Shown piece after piece: positions 38,871-52,184 of a stretch of DNA of 64,000 nt (the first letter of the stretch is position 1; each line of letters opens with the position of its first letter). The stretch comes from Isurus oxyrinchus. Taxonomy: Eukaryota. The DNA is taken from NCBI GenBank assembly GCA_026770705.1, contig JANJGN010000008.1:161882001-161946000 (forward strand), read 5' to 3'. The notes beneath the pieces were generated by a model. The model worked only from the letters and a program-made list of their open reading frames with translations. It did no database searches and was not told the DNA's origin. The position numbers were made by a program, and so were the translations under genes.

Positions 38871-39624
38871 TGCCATGAAAGACAGGATGGCGCTGTAAAG
38901 CAGTCCTGGACCAAGGGAGCTGCCAGGCAACGTTTTAATTGGCTTCTGACCAGGTGGTCAGGTTTTGTGTGAGAGCAGTGTAGCTGAATAGTTCCTAGCC
39001 TGAAAGGATCAAGACCTAAAACCTATTTTTCCTGTGTATGGAAGATTCCAGTAATTCCACAATAATAGCTAGCTGGCTTTTTCTTCTCATATCTCTATGA
39101 CATGCTCTCTCTCTCTGAAAATCCCTGTCAAGAGGCAAAGGGGAAAATCACTGTTAGAGATATTGAAAGGCAAGTGCTCAACCAGCGAATTAGACACTGA
39201 AAGTGCTGGAAGACCACCTTGTGTCATCAACAAGAACTGAAAGGAATTTGGAAGATTTCAATCAAAATCAGCCCATCGAATCCTGTACTCTGGAATTGGT
39301 GCTATTGAACTGTTTTATGCCACCCTTAAAATCCATGTTTTTGTGCATCTTGTGTGTCTTGTATGTGTGGGTATAGGGATTTAAGAAGGGGACAGAGTTT
39401 AAATTATAGCGTTAGAAATTAGCAGTTCAGGTTTCTTTCTGTTGCCACTGGTTAACTATTTACTTATTAAGTTTACAAACCTGGTGCTCATATTCTGTTA
39501 ACTTGAATTAAACAGGTAGAATTGGGGCAATCTGGTGGTTTGATCAAACATTTTCACATTTGTCGTGGCTCAGGGAACAGTGGGGCTTGATATTACAGCG
39601 CACTATCTCCAGTGAGTCGTGGTA
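38871..39624. repeat. Possible solo LTR
   Basis: Imperfect terminal inverted ends tgccatga...tcgtggta around ~750 non-coding bp. No TSD seen. Confidence 0.35.
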
Positions 39625-40270
39625 AAACTGCAACATTTCTCTTCAGGCAATTTATTTAGATAACTTGAGGTCATGCATGTCAGAGTTTCCATTCACAATA
39701 TCGACTGAACTTCCAACAACAAAGGAACCCAAGTTGGATAAGTGAAGGTATTCCTTATGGATGTAAAACCAATGGGCAGTATAAACTTTTCATAAGGAAA
39801 CCATGTTTTACTGGAATTTAAAACATTTGAGGTTTAACTCGTTCAGATTAATAATTTTGCAATTACCGAATTATCCTTGCTGTTTCCTTCCTTTGGTAGG
39901 TTCCTTAAAACATTCCTTAAACTTTCCACTTCTTTGGGGTCTTCCAATTCTACTTCCCATTTTATTCTGCCTCAAATCTTTTAAATTCCTGCTGTGCAAG
40001 GGAAGGCCTATTTTTGATCTCATCCTTTGCTACAATATCAAACTGGAACTCAAAAAGTATTTCTACATCCAGAATACTATCTAGTTTTGATGGGCTAAAT
40101 ACTAAATCTGCCCTAGTTCTTAGTTTCATACCTCATGTTCAGAAGCAGTTCCTAATTCTCTGTAAGGAATGTTTTCAAATGGCCTTGTCAATTTAACCTG
40201 ACATTAAATCATGTAGTAGACAAGAACTTAATTTTGGACAATCGCACAATAAAAGAAGTGTCATACTTAC

Positions 40271-40416
40271 AACAAGGTCATGGAACTCCTTGGTTACCAA
40301 AAATGCAGCTGACCAGTTTGCTAGGACGCATGCTGCACTTGCTATGCCTCTCGCTCTGATGGGAAATATCTCTGACATCACCAACCATGGAATAGGGCCA
40401 CAGCCAAGTGCAAAAC
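40271..40416 (-). CDS. SLC2A8: GLUT8 exon 9 (146 bp)
   Basis: ctcag|[49 protein letters not shown]|gtaagt. Confidence 0.96.
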
Positions 40417-40579
40417 CTGAGGTGGATCATTGTGGCTTTTTAATGCAAGTTGTTTCTTATAAATACTGCAAAACATACAATTACATTTTCGCTCTAATTC
40501 TCAATCCTTCATGTTCCAAATATACATATCTCATTCCCCCCTGGGGTATTCACCATTTGCAGTTGGTGTTGAACTTGAT

Positions 40580-41277
40580 CCTATCCACACCAAGTCCAGA
40601 ACTAGGTGGGGATAGTCTCAAGGTAAACCATTTAAGAATGAGATAAAGGAGAAATTTCTTCACTCAGGAGGGTTGTGAATCTTCGGAATTCTCTGTTCCA
40701 GAGGCAGTGGTTATTTTACTGGACTAACATCCAGACACATAGATGAATGATTTGGAGACAAGTTCAAATCTCTCCATGGCAGCTGGAGAATTTATCATTA
40801 AATAAAATCTTCAATAAAAAGCTAGTATCAGTAATAGTGACCATGGAACTTCCAGATTGTTTTAAAAACCCATCTGGTTCATTAATACCCTTTAGGGAAG
40901 GAAATCACCCGTCTTTGCTTAGTCTGGCATATGTGACTCTTAACTGCCCTCTGAAATGGCCTAGCAACACAGTCATTTTCACAGAATGTGGCTCACCACC
41001 ACCTTCTCAAGGGCAATTGGGGATGGGCAATAAATGCTGACTGTCAGCGACGTTACATTCTGGGAATTATTGAAAGGAAAAGGCTGTGGATGCTCAGTTG
41101 TTCAGCATATTCAGAGCTGAGATCGATAAGATTTTTGGACTCTAAAAATGAATTGAGGGATATGTGGATTGGGTGGGAAAGTGAAGTTGATGTTGAAGAT
41201 CTGCCATGATCTGTTTAAATGGTAGTGCAGGCTCAAGAAGCCGCATAGTCTATTCCTGCTCCTTTTTATGTTCTTAG
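40580..41277 (+). mobile_element. CR1 3' fragment split by a SINE insertion
   Basis: CR1 sequence (ccagaactagg...gttgtgaatcttcggaattctc) stops at ~40705 and resumes at ~41080 (aggctgtggatgctc...ttatgttctta). Confidence 0.7.
40705..41055 (+). mobile_element. tRNA-derived SINE
   Basis: B-box-like agttcaaatc, central domain homologous to 63381-63783, and LINE-derived tail ttctcaagggcaattggggatgggcaataaatgctg. Confidence 0.8.
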
Positions 41278-41669
41278 CGCTATTAACCATCTTGAATCAT
41301 CCTCTAAAGGCACATGATAATCACCCAGCAACGTCAGTCTGTTTAAATATTTTCCCAAAGCTCAGTGTCTGGGAACCTAGCACATGGAGGTGACTGAACC
41401 CAGCTCCACATGTGCACTTTGCTAATAAGGGGCACCATTTTGGTTCCATTGAAACTTTTCCCTCAATGCTCCTGTTACGGGCACTATTTCTAGTGATGGA
41501 GGGCAGAGGGATCTAAAACTTCAAGCTGCCACATCTGATGATACAATGAAATCAGAGACCTATTTGTGACCCAGGGATGAGTAGCAGGCATATGAAAACA
41601 AGATCATCATCCACTCCTTAACCAGTTTCAGAGTCAAATAGTGAACAGCTTTCAAGAGAATGTTTAGTT

Positions 41670-41960
41670 GAGACGTACAGGTCTCAGGTTTCACAGCCCT
41701 GATCTGTGGTGAGTTAACTGATCTTTAAGGTTCACAGTAGTTGAAGCTTCAATTTGCATAAGCACCGTGAGGCAGGGAGGTCCAGTTATTGGTCCAGCTC
41801 CTGCTGGCCATCCAGCAATTACTACTGAAAATTATAGACGAGGACATCAGGAGAGGAAAGGATCAGATTTGATTTTGATCTCTCCTGCAGTCATGATCTA
41901 GGCTTACATATGAATAGAGGCTACTTTGGAAGGATGTCTGACATGCCAATGAGTCTGCAT
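41670..41960 (+). mobile_element. Old SINE, LF-SINE-like
   Basis: ctgatctgtggtgagttaactgatct...gctcctgctggccatccag...ggacatcagg..ggatcag...ctaggcttacatatgaa resembles the recalled LF-SINE-like consensus; highly diverged. Confidence 0.45.
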
Positions 41961-42136
41961 CTTCAGGAGCAGAGTGAAGTGGAGGGGACAACATTAGTGT
42001 ATGAATTTTATTTCACGCTAATGGCATACCCATAACATTGTGAGCACTGACATTGGAAAACTGCTTCTTGCCCATTCCACAAATAAAAAAAATCTAGGAC
42101 TTCTGAAAGACTTATTGCAGCAACTGTTAAATTTAC

Positions 42137-42313
42137 CTGCTATAAAAACAACCAGACAGACGAGAGGTAACCAATTTGGAACACTTTTTGCCTCAGAGAC
42201 CGAATTCACAACAGTTAAAATGTCAGCTTTATGAAGAGAGGAGTTGTTGATATTTGCTTGCCAGATCTTAAAATATACCCCGAAGACAGCTGCACTGATG
42301 GACATGATCAACA
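42137..42313 (-). CDS. SLC2A8: GLUT8 exon 8 (177 bp)
   Basis: ttttcag|VLIMSISAAVFGVYFKIWQANINNSSLHK...NWLPLVCLVVFIA G|gtaaat. N-glycosylation sequons in loop 9, a class III GLUT hallmark. Confidence 0.94.
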
Positions 42314-43429
42314 CTGAAAATAAATACAAAACGGCAATTATCGACCGGTTGAAAGCTCACGTCAAGTGATTTTTAACTAATTACAGACTGGAATTTCCAT
42401 AATCCCCAGTTACGCTGAAATTTCTGGCAGTTTCTGTTCCTGCTGACAAGTGACTCGCACCCAGAAACTCGTTATGTGGATATTGTGAGACTCTGGGCTG
42501 TGCCATACCCAAACTTTTCGCATAAATCTATGCCAATGCAAATCTGATATAAACTGGGCTTTTTGCCATGCAGGTGGGGCTATGTAAGCCAGTGGCAAAG
42601 AGTTTTGGCAGACCCATCATTGAAACAGTAAAGCCATCAAGGAAGCTCATGTTTCAGCGCAGATCAATTACACGCAAGTCCTCTAGCAAAAACACTGGTG
42701 CTACTCTGTAGTTACAGGGAAGCGTTCCAAGAAATTCCAGGAGTTACATTTTCAAGAGATGCTAGACAATGGGAAAAAATGATAACAGTAGTGTTTCATA
42801 ATCCCTGCAATTACTTAATTTTTAGCTCCCTTTAAAATACGAAATCTGAGATGAACTTAGGGCAAGGCCACCTGAATGATGTCTCAGTCGATCAGGAAGC
42901 CCCTAAACCCAGACTACTTGTTTGCTATTCCACGGTCCGCAAACACTGCTTCCTTGCAACTGCTGCGCTACCCGAGGATTCAGTTCTTGCACACGCATTG
43001 TTACCGTAATGGTCATGGTGCTATATTACCTCTCTCACTCTTCCTAGCATCAAAATCCACTTGTGACAAGATAAAGCAAACTGCTAAATTAATAAGATCT
43101 ACCATGGCATGGTGTTTGGAGCACACACTGGTTTAAAATGAGCAATGAGCAAAAAGCCTTGGACACCATGCAGAAGTTCAAGAGAAGAAGACATGGAATT
43201 GCCTGTTATGGTGGGGATGTTCTGCTGTGATCAGTGGTCTCCAATTCTGCAAAATGGCTGCAGCATCTCTAAAATTCAGAGGTGCTTTAAATGTATAAAT
43301 CATTTATAAACTGGCACTGAGTTTAAGCCAGTAATAATCTTTGGATTCTGACAGCACACAAAAGAATGATTCAAAAGAATGAGGATGAAGGTATTGAACT
43401 CGGAAGAGAGGTTCTTGAGCAAATTAATA

Positions 43430-45007
43430 TAGGGGCGACAAGGTATTGGAGGTGTTGGCAGGCTTAAAAGTGGACACATCTCCAGGTCCAGATGATTTGT
43501 GTCCCAGACTGCTGAGGGAGGCAAGGGAGGAGATCGCAGGGGCTCTGACCCAAATTTTTAATTCCTCTCTGGCCACGGGGGAGGTGCCAGAGGACTGGAG
43601 AACAGCTAATGTGGTTCCGCTATTTAAGAAGGGTTGTGGCGAGAAGCCAGGGAACTACAGGCCAGTGAGTCTCACTTCAGTGGTAGGGAAACTATTGGAG
43701 AAAATTCTGAAGGAGAGAATCTATCTCCACTTGATCAGCATGGCTTTGTCAGAGGGAGGTTATGCCTAACAAATTTGATTGAATTTATTGAAGTGATGAC
43801 CAGGTCTGTAGTTGAGGGTAGTGCAGTCGATGTAGTTTATATGGGTTTCAGCAAAGCCTTTGACAAGGTTCCACATGGGAGACTTATAAAGAAGGCAAAT
43901 GCACATGGGATACAGGGTAATTTGATCAGGTGGATTCAAAATTGGCTTAAATGTAGGGTGATGACAGAAGGATGCTTTAGTGACTGGAAGCCAGTGTCCA
44001 GTGGCATGCCACAGGGGTCTGTGCTGGGTCCCCTATTGTTCATCATTTATATAAACAACATAGGTGACTACATGGGGGGTAGGATTAGCAAGTTTGCAGA
44101 TGACACAAAGATTGGCCGGGTGGTTAACAGTGAGGTTGAGTGTCTTGGGCTACAGGAAGATATCGACGGGATGGTCAAATGGGCAGATAAGTGGCAGATG
44201 GAATTTAACCCTGAAAAGTGTGAGGTGATACACTTTGGAAGGAGTAATTTAACAAGGAAGCATTCAATGAACGGCACGACGAAGTTCTGAGGAACAAAGG
44301 GACATTGGCGTGTGCGTCCATAGATCACTGAAGGCAGAGGGGCATGTTAGTGGGGTGGTGAAAAAGGCATATGGGACACTTGCCTTTATCAATCGAGGCA
44401 TAGATTAGAAAAGTAGGGAGGTCATGTTGGAGTTGTATAGAACCTTGGTGAGGCCACAGCTAGAGTACTGTGTGCAGTTCTGGTCGCCACATTATAGGAA
44501 GGATGTGATTGCACTGGAGGGGGAGCAGAGGAGATTCACCAGGATGTTGCCTGGGATGAAACATTTAAGTTATGAAGAGAGGTTGGATAGACTTGGGTTG
44601 GTTTCGTTGGAGCAGAGAAGACTGAGGGGCGACCCGCTCAAGGTGTACAAGATTATGAGGGGCATGAACAGGTTAGATAGGGAGCAGCTGTTCCCCTTAG
44701 TTGAAGGGTCAGTCATGAGGGGACACAAGTTCAAGGTGAGGGACAGGAGGTTTGGGGGGGGAATGTGAGGAAAAACCTTTTTACCCAGAGGGTGGTGACG
44801 GTCTGGAACGCACTATCTGGGAGGGTGGTGGAGGCGGGTTGCTTCACATCCTTGAAAAAGTACCTGGATGAGCACTTGACACATCATAACATTCAAGGCT
44901 ATGGGCCAAGTGCTGGTAAATGGGATTAGGTAGGTAGGTAGGTCAGGTGTTTCTCATGCGTCGGTGCAGACTCGATGGGCCGAAGAGCCTCTTCTGCACT
45001 GTGATTC
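43430..45007 (+). mobile_element. 5'-truncated CR1 LINE in intron 7
   Basis: [55 protein letters not shown]. Confidence 0.93.
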
Positions 45008-45211
45008 AAGCTTTGGTTAAGGTCACTTTCAGAATACCAAGACTGCATTGCTGTTTTGAAAGTTTATTTTATCACACATTTAAACAGCCTGCAGTTCTGA
45101 CAAATCATTTTTTTTCCTTTCAGTTCATGCTGTTGCTTGGGTTTTAAAAGTGCGTGGATGCAGAGTTTTGAATAAACTGAAAGTTGCTTTTTCTTTTAAA
45201 AAGAGGCTCAC

Positions 45212-45320
45212 CTGATACTGCCAGGAGAAGTTTTCTCCCTGCTTTGTCCATGATGAGAGCTGCCACAGCTGTGAAAACTACCTGAACAGCACCAACTATT
45301 ACCGAGCCCTCACTACTGTT
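45212..45320 (-). CDS. SLC2A8: GLUT8 exon 7 (109 bp)
   Basis: tttcag|[36 protein letters not shown]|gtgagc; DxxGRK motif. Confidence 0.96.
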
Positions 45321-45984
45321 CTGAAAGAGAATGGGCAGAACAAAAGTTTTTTGCTTCCATGCTATGGAAAAAGATTTTTAAAACCACCTAGAAGTGACTG
45401 TAAATATTCCTATTCAATTTCCCATAGTTACTGTTTGTTATTTTAGTTTTCATGGTCATTTACAATAGTTGGTTACTTTTTCAGAATTGGTGACGCTGTT
45501 CTGAAGACCAGGCTAAAATATACTCCTTCCTTACCCCACTCATCAACATCAAACCATTGCAAACTTCATGTTTAACTCGGCAAAAATCCTAATCTGTTTC
45601 ACAAGAGAGAATAAATTACTTCATACTCTAAGCGAGAATTCAGTTAGGTGACTGACTGAAAGCAAGCCTGGCACAGGGAGGTTAGAGGTTGGGGGAATAG
45701 AGAGAAAAAGATGAAGTGAGCTGAGACCATGCCAAAATCAGCAATGAGGTCCTATTGCATTACCCAGAAATTCTGATAACTGGGGTTGTGACAGCTTAGC
45801 TTATTGTTAATAGTACCATTGGGGCACTAGGTAAGACATTTTTTTAAACAACGTAGCAGAATGTTAACAAATTAATTAAATTAATTTACAAAAGGGAAAG
45901 GAACTTTCACGGCGATTACTGTTCACGCGTCCAAGTGGAAATTGTGTATATAGTACATAAATATCGACATACAAGGCTATGGAA

Positions 45985-46290
45985 CAAGAAGAACAAGCTC
46001 TATGCTGCATCGCCTTTAACGTCCCACGGTGCTCCACAGAAGCGTCACAAAACCAAATTTGACACCAAGTCGCACAAGGAGCTATTAGGGCAGACGACAA
46101 AGAGCTCAGTCAAAGAGGTAAGTTTTAAGGAGCATCTCAGAGGAAAGAGAGGTATGGGGGGGGCGGGGTGAAGAAGTTTAGAGGCGGAATTCCAGAGTTT
46201 AGGGCGATGACAGCTGAGGCACGTCCACCAATCGTGGAGTGATAAAAATCGGGGATGCTCAAGAGGCCAGAATTGGAGCAGCAGAGATAT
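45985..46290 (-). mobile_element. L2 LINE 3' fragment
   Basis: aaatttgacacc...aaagagctcagtcaaagaggtaagttttaaggagcatc...ggaattccagagtttagggc is the reverse of an L2-type tail. Confidence 0.65.
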
Positions 46291-46796
46291 CTTGGTTATA
46301 TCTTTGTTTTACAACTACATAAAATAGTCAGCACGCTTAAGAGGCGCCTTTATAATTGACATCCATCGTGCAGGCAAATGGTCAGTTCCTTTTCCGATTA
46401 AAGGTGCTTGTCCAGTATAAGCAGGAAACGTCCTCTCCGTTTAAACTGCATAATTTAATAGCGAGTCATCTTGACTCTTGTGCACATTTGGGACGTTGCT
46501 ATGCTAGCCTGGCCTCTGCCTTCAAAGTCACTGCTCTGATGAGGCCATGGAAGGTAAATGGAGCTACTTATAAATCCCTCAGGTCAATTGTCAACAATTT
46601 GCATTTATGCAGATCCTTTTTAACATAAGGAAATGTGCATGTTGACTGCTTGTAAATTTCAGGCTCCAGGGCAATGCCTGGATTTCTTACAAGTGCAAAC
46701 CTTATTAATAAAACAGTGTGATAGATGATTGCTGAACACAACATTTCATAACAAAAACCCAAATATATTGCCTCTGTGGTTCTGCAACTTTATTAC

Positions 46797-46946
46797 CTTA
46801 AAATTTGCTTGTTCAAAGATGGTTTCTGCATAAAACATAACTGCATTGATTCCACTTAACTGCTGAAACAGCATCAGAAATATTCCAATAAGAAGAGGCT
46901 TGTAAATTGTTGGATTTTTTAGCTCTGAAAGTGCAAATTTGGTATC
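46797..46946 (-). CDS. SLC2A8: GLUT8 exon 6 (150 bp)
   Basis: ttatag|[50 protein letters not shown]|gtaata; QQLSGINA motif. Not in the ORF track. Confidence 0.96.
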
Positions 46947-47037
46947 CTATAAACAAAGCAGAAAAAGCATGATCAGTTAAAACAAAGTGAATCAAACAAT
47001 TGCCATAACTTTGGCAGTTTCCTCCTCTAATTCCAGT

Positions 47038-47954
47038 GGCCTGGAATTTGCAGGGTTTTGATGGCAAAGTGCCTGCGTTTGTCGTCAATACCCTTCTGAA
47101 TTGGATCACAACTTCAGGATTTAACGGCAAGCGCAGGTGAACACAGAATTCCTGAAATAAAAACAGAAAATGCTGGAAAAACTCAGCGGGTCCAACAGCA
47201 TCTGCGGTGAGAGAAACAGAGTTAGTGTTTCGAGTCCGTATGACTTCTTCAGAAGAAGAGTCAGAGGGATTCGAAACGTTAACTCGGTTTCCCGCTCCAC
47301 AGATGCTGTCAGACCTGCTGAGTTTTTCCAGCATTTTGTTTTTATTTCAGATTTCCAGCATCTGCAGTATTTTGCTTTTATCACAGAATTCCTGAGGTTG
47401 CGGCCTGTCATTCACTACTCCAACACAAGTGGCACTGTGCTAACCACGCTCCCCACGTTACCAAAGCTAGCAGTGAAATCAACTGGTCACATGAGCACTT
47501 TCACTCCCATATCGCTGTTAGAAACCCCAAAAGAATTTCAGACTTGCTCAGTTAGATATAATTGGGGTTTTTAAACGGCAATCTGACAAACAACAATTGC
47601 TGAACAGATGACCCGGCTATGAAAAATTAGTGGAATGCTATTCTAAATGCCTAAAATTAATCATTCGGTTTTCTCGAATCAGAATTTAATTAAACTTAAA
47701 CTAAAATTTCATGAAAAATTCATGTTTCCTTTTTACACAGAACAAACAAAAAAGATTGTAAAGTGATTTGATTGTTACTGCTTTTCATTTCCTGGCTAGC
47801 TGCCTGTGAGAATTCGTTAATGTGATTGGCTGTTTGGATAGCAAGATGACATCACTGCAGCTCTTAATTTTCATTGTGCAATTGTGTTGTTTCGAGCTCT
47901 CGCTAGAGATCACACCATCTCTTAGTGGCCAGTAGTGAGCACAAAATCTAGGCC
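47038..47954. mobile_element. Harbinger-like MITE hosting palindrome copy 4
   Basis: Termini ggcctggaatttg / caaaatctaggcc are imperfect inverted repeats of the same type as 6947 and 9658. Confidence 0.5.
47156..47381. mobile_element. Palindromic Penelope-like element with hammerhead motifs, copy 4 (intron 5)
   Basis: Inverted arms; 14-bp TSD cacagaattcctga at 47142-47155 and 47382-47395. The minus arm has a canonical CUGAAGA...GAAAC core. Confidence 0.85.
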
Positions 47955-48629
47955 AATGTTACTATAGCTGTAATTTGCTAAACCAAGGCTACTTATTGTG
48001 TGCAGGTCATCTAAATTCACTACTATATTCAATTATCGTTAAAACTACAGTAAAGACCCACTGTTCGCAGGGGTTATGTTTCCTCCAAAACCCTCAAACA
48101 CGAAATTGCAAACAATTAACATGTTTTTCCAATGGGGCTCGAGATTGGTTCCAGCAAATTGTGGTGCAGTACCTCCATACGACAGACGGGGGAGCCTCTG
48201 AGCAATACAGGGCAGTGAAGATTTCAAAATTGTTTGGGCTGCACTTCAGCTCCTAGAATAATAATAATAATAATAATTTGACCAAACATAGAGGAGAGAG
48301 GGAGAAAAAACACGGATGAGTGAATATTGTACACTGCATCGCCTATCGCGTGAGCAAAGTGCTGGTAAGTGAAAACGTGAACAAGCAAGGCGCGAAAGGC
48401 AGGACCTTAGCTGGATAAGGCATCAGGCTTTAAATTCAAGTGCAACAAACTGCTATTTGTCATATTGTTTCACAGTCCACTTGATATGCTGCTTGTTTTT
48501 TTTTGCAAAGCTTGTAGTTATTCAAAATAGGTGCCTGATGAAAGGCAGGGGGGAGGAGGGGGTGAATTTCAATTCAAAAGCACATGTGGCTATCGACTTA
48601 AAGGTTCAGCTCTGGGTTAATACAATTAC

Positions 48630-48841
48630 CTGTTCATTGCAACTTGTTTCGATCTGCCTAAATTCCCATTCAGAGTCCACTTCAGGTCCTCTGAGCCATA
48701 CCAGCACCTGTCGTGCTTCAGCACGTTTGTCCTTACACAGCAGGTACCTTGGAGTTTCTGGCATGAAGCTCATTAGTACAACCATGATGGTTGGTGGTAA
48801 GGAACATAGCACAGCAAGCCAATACCAGGGTAAGACCATTC
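48630..48841 (-). CDS. SLC2A8: GLUT8 exon 5 (212 bp)
   Basis: ttatcag|GMVLPWYWLAVLCSLPPTIMVVLMSFMPETPRYLL...ETSCNEQ|gtaatt; PETPR motif. Confidence 0.96.
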
Positions 48842-49956
48842 CTGATAAAAATGAAAAAAAACACACTGTTGTTACCTTCAACCACAACCTAGTTGAGCTA
48901 CTGCAATCCTAATTTTACTACGATTTTAAACAGAATAGGAGGTTGGATCAGATTCAAGACTGAAGCTCCAAAAATACAGGCAATTCTACTTGCTAAGTGG
49001 GAGCTCTGGTCTCTTAAAGTTCACAGCAGGCAGATCAGCTTTTCTGAGTCTCAGTGAGTGTTACTGATCTAGCTGTGTCTAGTACAGTGCTGGCAACGAC
49101 ATAATCACAGCATATCTACTTGATAAGGTCACATGCATGTCACAGTCCTGTACAAGCTGTGCGTGTTGCAGTGTTATTGTTGGAGGTGCATTATGTTTTA
49201 TGCACTTGGTGGTTAACTTATCAGTCCCTCCGTGTGCACAATTCCCCTTTACTGCAAGTGCACAGGGAGGTCAGTAGCCTGACTTTGAAGTAAGCTCACA
49301 AGAGTAGTAGTTCTAAGCTGCTCTTCAAAAAGCCAGAAGGCTTGCATTCAAACCCCCGCGTTGGTTGTAGAGTAAACGAGCCTGAACCCAGGCTGGTTTC
49401 CCAACAGTGCGAGTTCAAATGCAGCCTAGCAAAACATGCAAACCAACTGCAAGACCAAATCTCTTCTGTGGCAACTTTGTTCACCAACCCACACAATAAT
49501 CCCCGTCAATGCCATTTATTGTCACAATAGGGGTGATCAAGGGCTGGAATTCTGCCCGACTTGTAGATGAAGAGAAGACATCCAAGCAAGGTTGAATGTG
49601 ACATGCCTTTTCTTTGTAAAGGAGAGTAGTTAGACAATTGGCACTTCCAAACGAATTAACTAAACAAACCGACTGAAGCTATCGAAGCAACGCTGAAAAT
49701 AAATTGCAGGTAAAGCCATCACCACCACAACACTCTGCATATCTCAATGCTCTTTACAAGAGGATGGCAGAAAATTGAGCAAGTGACAAAATTGTCAGGT
49801 GATAAAGGAAAAGCCAAAGATGATGCCTCGAAAAGGCTGCAAGGATGAGGAGAGAATTAGCAAGACAGGTGTGACAGGGGAATGCACAATTAAGGTTCAC
49901 AATAGCTTTGGCCTTTTAAAAATCCTTCAATCGTAAACGAAAAGCTCCATTCATAC

Positions 49957-50056
49957 CGCCGACATATGCACCCATAATTCCGGTTACCACCATCAGCTGC
50001 ACACTGGACCCTAACAGCCCTCGTACTTTAGGGTGGGCTGTTTCCGAAATGTACAC
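49957..50056 (-). CDS. SLC2A8: GLUT8 exon 4 (100 bp)
   Basis: ttttccag|[33 protein letters not shown]|gtatga. Not in the ORF track. Confidence 0.96.
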
Positions 50057-50984
50057 CTGGAAAAGAAAAGAGTCCCAAAAACCATAAGCTTTGTTTCAAA
50101 AGTTTTTCAGTGAAAACATTACTGCACATCAATTAAATGACATTCCAAAAATAGTCCGTGTTACATGGTTTGAAATTGGATAAAATCAAACTGGAGAGGA
50201 TTGCAGCAGTTGTGTTCAGATCACCCAGAGTAAAGAACCTGTCATTCCTGTGATACATTGCTATTACTCAGTTCTCCATCTCTGAGTTGTTGACATTTCT
50301 CATGGGAACCATAACAAACCAGTTTTCAAGAACTCAAAATTAGATAGGTTCTTAAAATACTGTATGTTACCAATTTCCCAGCTAGGATCGCCCTCTATTG
50401 GTTTAGCAGGGTTCCTACAAGCTTCATTTTAGGCCAAAGAGCAAGTGGTGAGCGTTTTAAATTACTGTAGTGCTAATTTTTAAAAAAAACTCACCTTTCT
50501 CAAGGAAACGTTTAATTGAAAAGGTGGCGATTAAAATCCAGAAAGCAGCCATTCCAGGCAAGTGGAGAAGCTGATGCTTTCTGGCATTAAACAGGGGCAC
50601 CTCCATAGGTCTGTCTACTGGTCTGATTTCTGAGGAGTTGGCTTGTTTACACACTAAACAGTGATCACAAGGGCAATAAAATTGCTGGCATTGAACTATG
50701 CCTTCTACACAAGTCATCACCGTGTGAAGATGGGGGGGGGGGGGTGGGGGCGGTGTTTGGGGGAAAAGAATGAGGCAGGCAAAGAAAGACAAAAATGAAA
50801 CCTGACCACTTTGGTTTCATCCTGCTCAGTATACATAGTACAATGCAGCATTTTTGGTTCAAGTAAGTTTTTTTTTGGAAGGAATTCAGTTTTGGCTCTT
50901 TTGGGAAGATTGTTCCGGCACACGTACTTTCCACGCAATTTATCCTTGTACTCAATCTTCTGACGTTTTATTTATTCCTCAAGG

Positions 50985-52184
50985 GGGGTCATGCCTGACA
51001 AATCTGTTAGAATTCTTTGAGGAGGTAACCAGTAGGTTAGACAAAGGAGAGCCGATGGATGTTATCTACTTGGATTTCCAGAAGGCCTTTGACAAGGTGC
51101 CACACGGGAGGCTGCTCGGTAAAATAAGAGCCCATGGTGCTAGAGGCAAGGTACTAGCATGGATAGAAGATTGGCTGTCTGGCAGGAGGCAGAGAGTGGG
51201 GATAAGGGGGTCCTTCTCAGGATGGCGGCCGGTGACTAGTGGAGTTCCGCAGGGACCACAAATTTTCACTTTATACATTAATGATCCAGATGAAGGAACT
51301 GAGGGCATCCTGGCCAAGTTTGCAGATGATACAAAGATAGGTGGAGGGACAGGTAGTATTTAGGAGGTGGGGAGGCTGCAGAAGGATTTGGACAGGTTAG
51401 GAGAATGGGCAAAGAAGTGGCAGATGGAATATAACGTGGGGAAGTGTGAGGTCATGCACTTTGGTAGGAAGAATAGAGGCATAGACTATTTTCTAAATGG
51501 GGAGAGAATTCAGAAACCTGGAGTGCAAAGGGACTTGGGAGTCCTAGTCCAGGATTCTCTTAAGGTTAACTTGCAGGTTGAGTCGGTAGTTAGGAAGGCA
51601 AATGCAATGTTGGCATTTATTTTGAGAGGACTAGAATATAAAAGCAGGGATGTGGGCCCCGTATTTCAGGAAGGATGTGCTGGCCCTAGAGAGGGTTCAG
51701 AGGAGGTTCACAAGAATGATCCCTGGAATGAAAGGCTTAACATATGAGGAATGTTTGAGGACTCTGAGTCTATACTCGATGGAGTTTAGAAGGATGAGGG
51801 GGGATCTGATTGAAACTTACAGAATACTGAAAGGCCTGGATAGAGTGGACGTGGGGAAGATGTCTCCATTAGTAGGAGAGACCAGGACCCGAGGGCACAG
51901 CCTCAGAGTAAAGGGAAGACCTATTAGAACAGAGATGAGGAGAAACTTCTTTAGCCAGAGAGTGGTGAATCTATGGAATTCATTGCCACAGAAGGCTGTG
52001 GAGACCAGGTCATTGAGTGTATTTAAGACCGAGATAGATAGGTTCTTGATTGGTAAGGGGACCAAAGGTTATGGGGAGAAGGCGGGAGAATTGGGTTGAG
52101 AAACTTAGCAGCCATGATTGAAAGGCGGAGCAGACTCGATGGGCTGATTGGCCTAATTTCTGCTCCTATGTCTTATGGTCTTAT
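50985..52184 (+). mobile_element. 5'-truncated CR1 LINE in intron 3
   Basis: [38 protein letters not shown]; ends tatgtcttatggtcttat. Confidence 0.93.
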
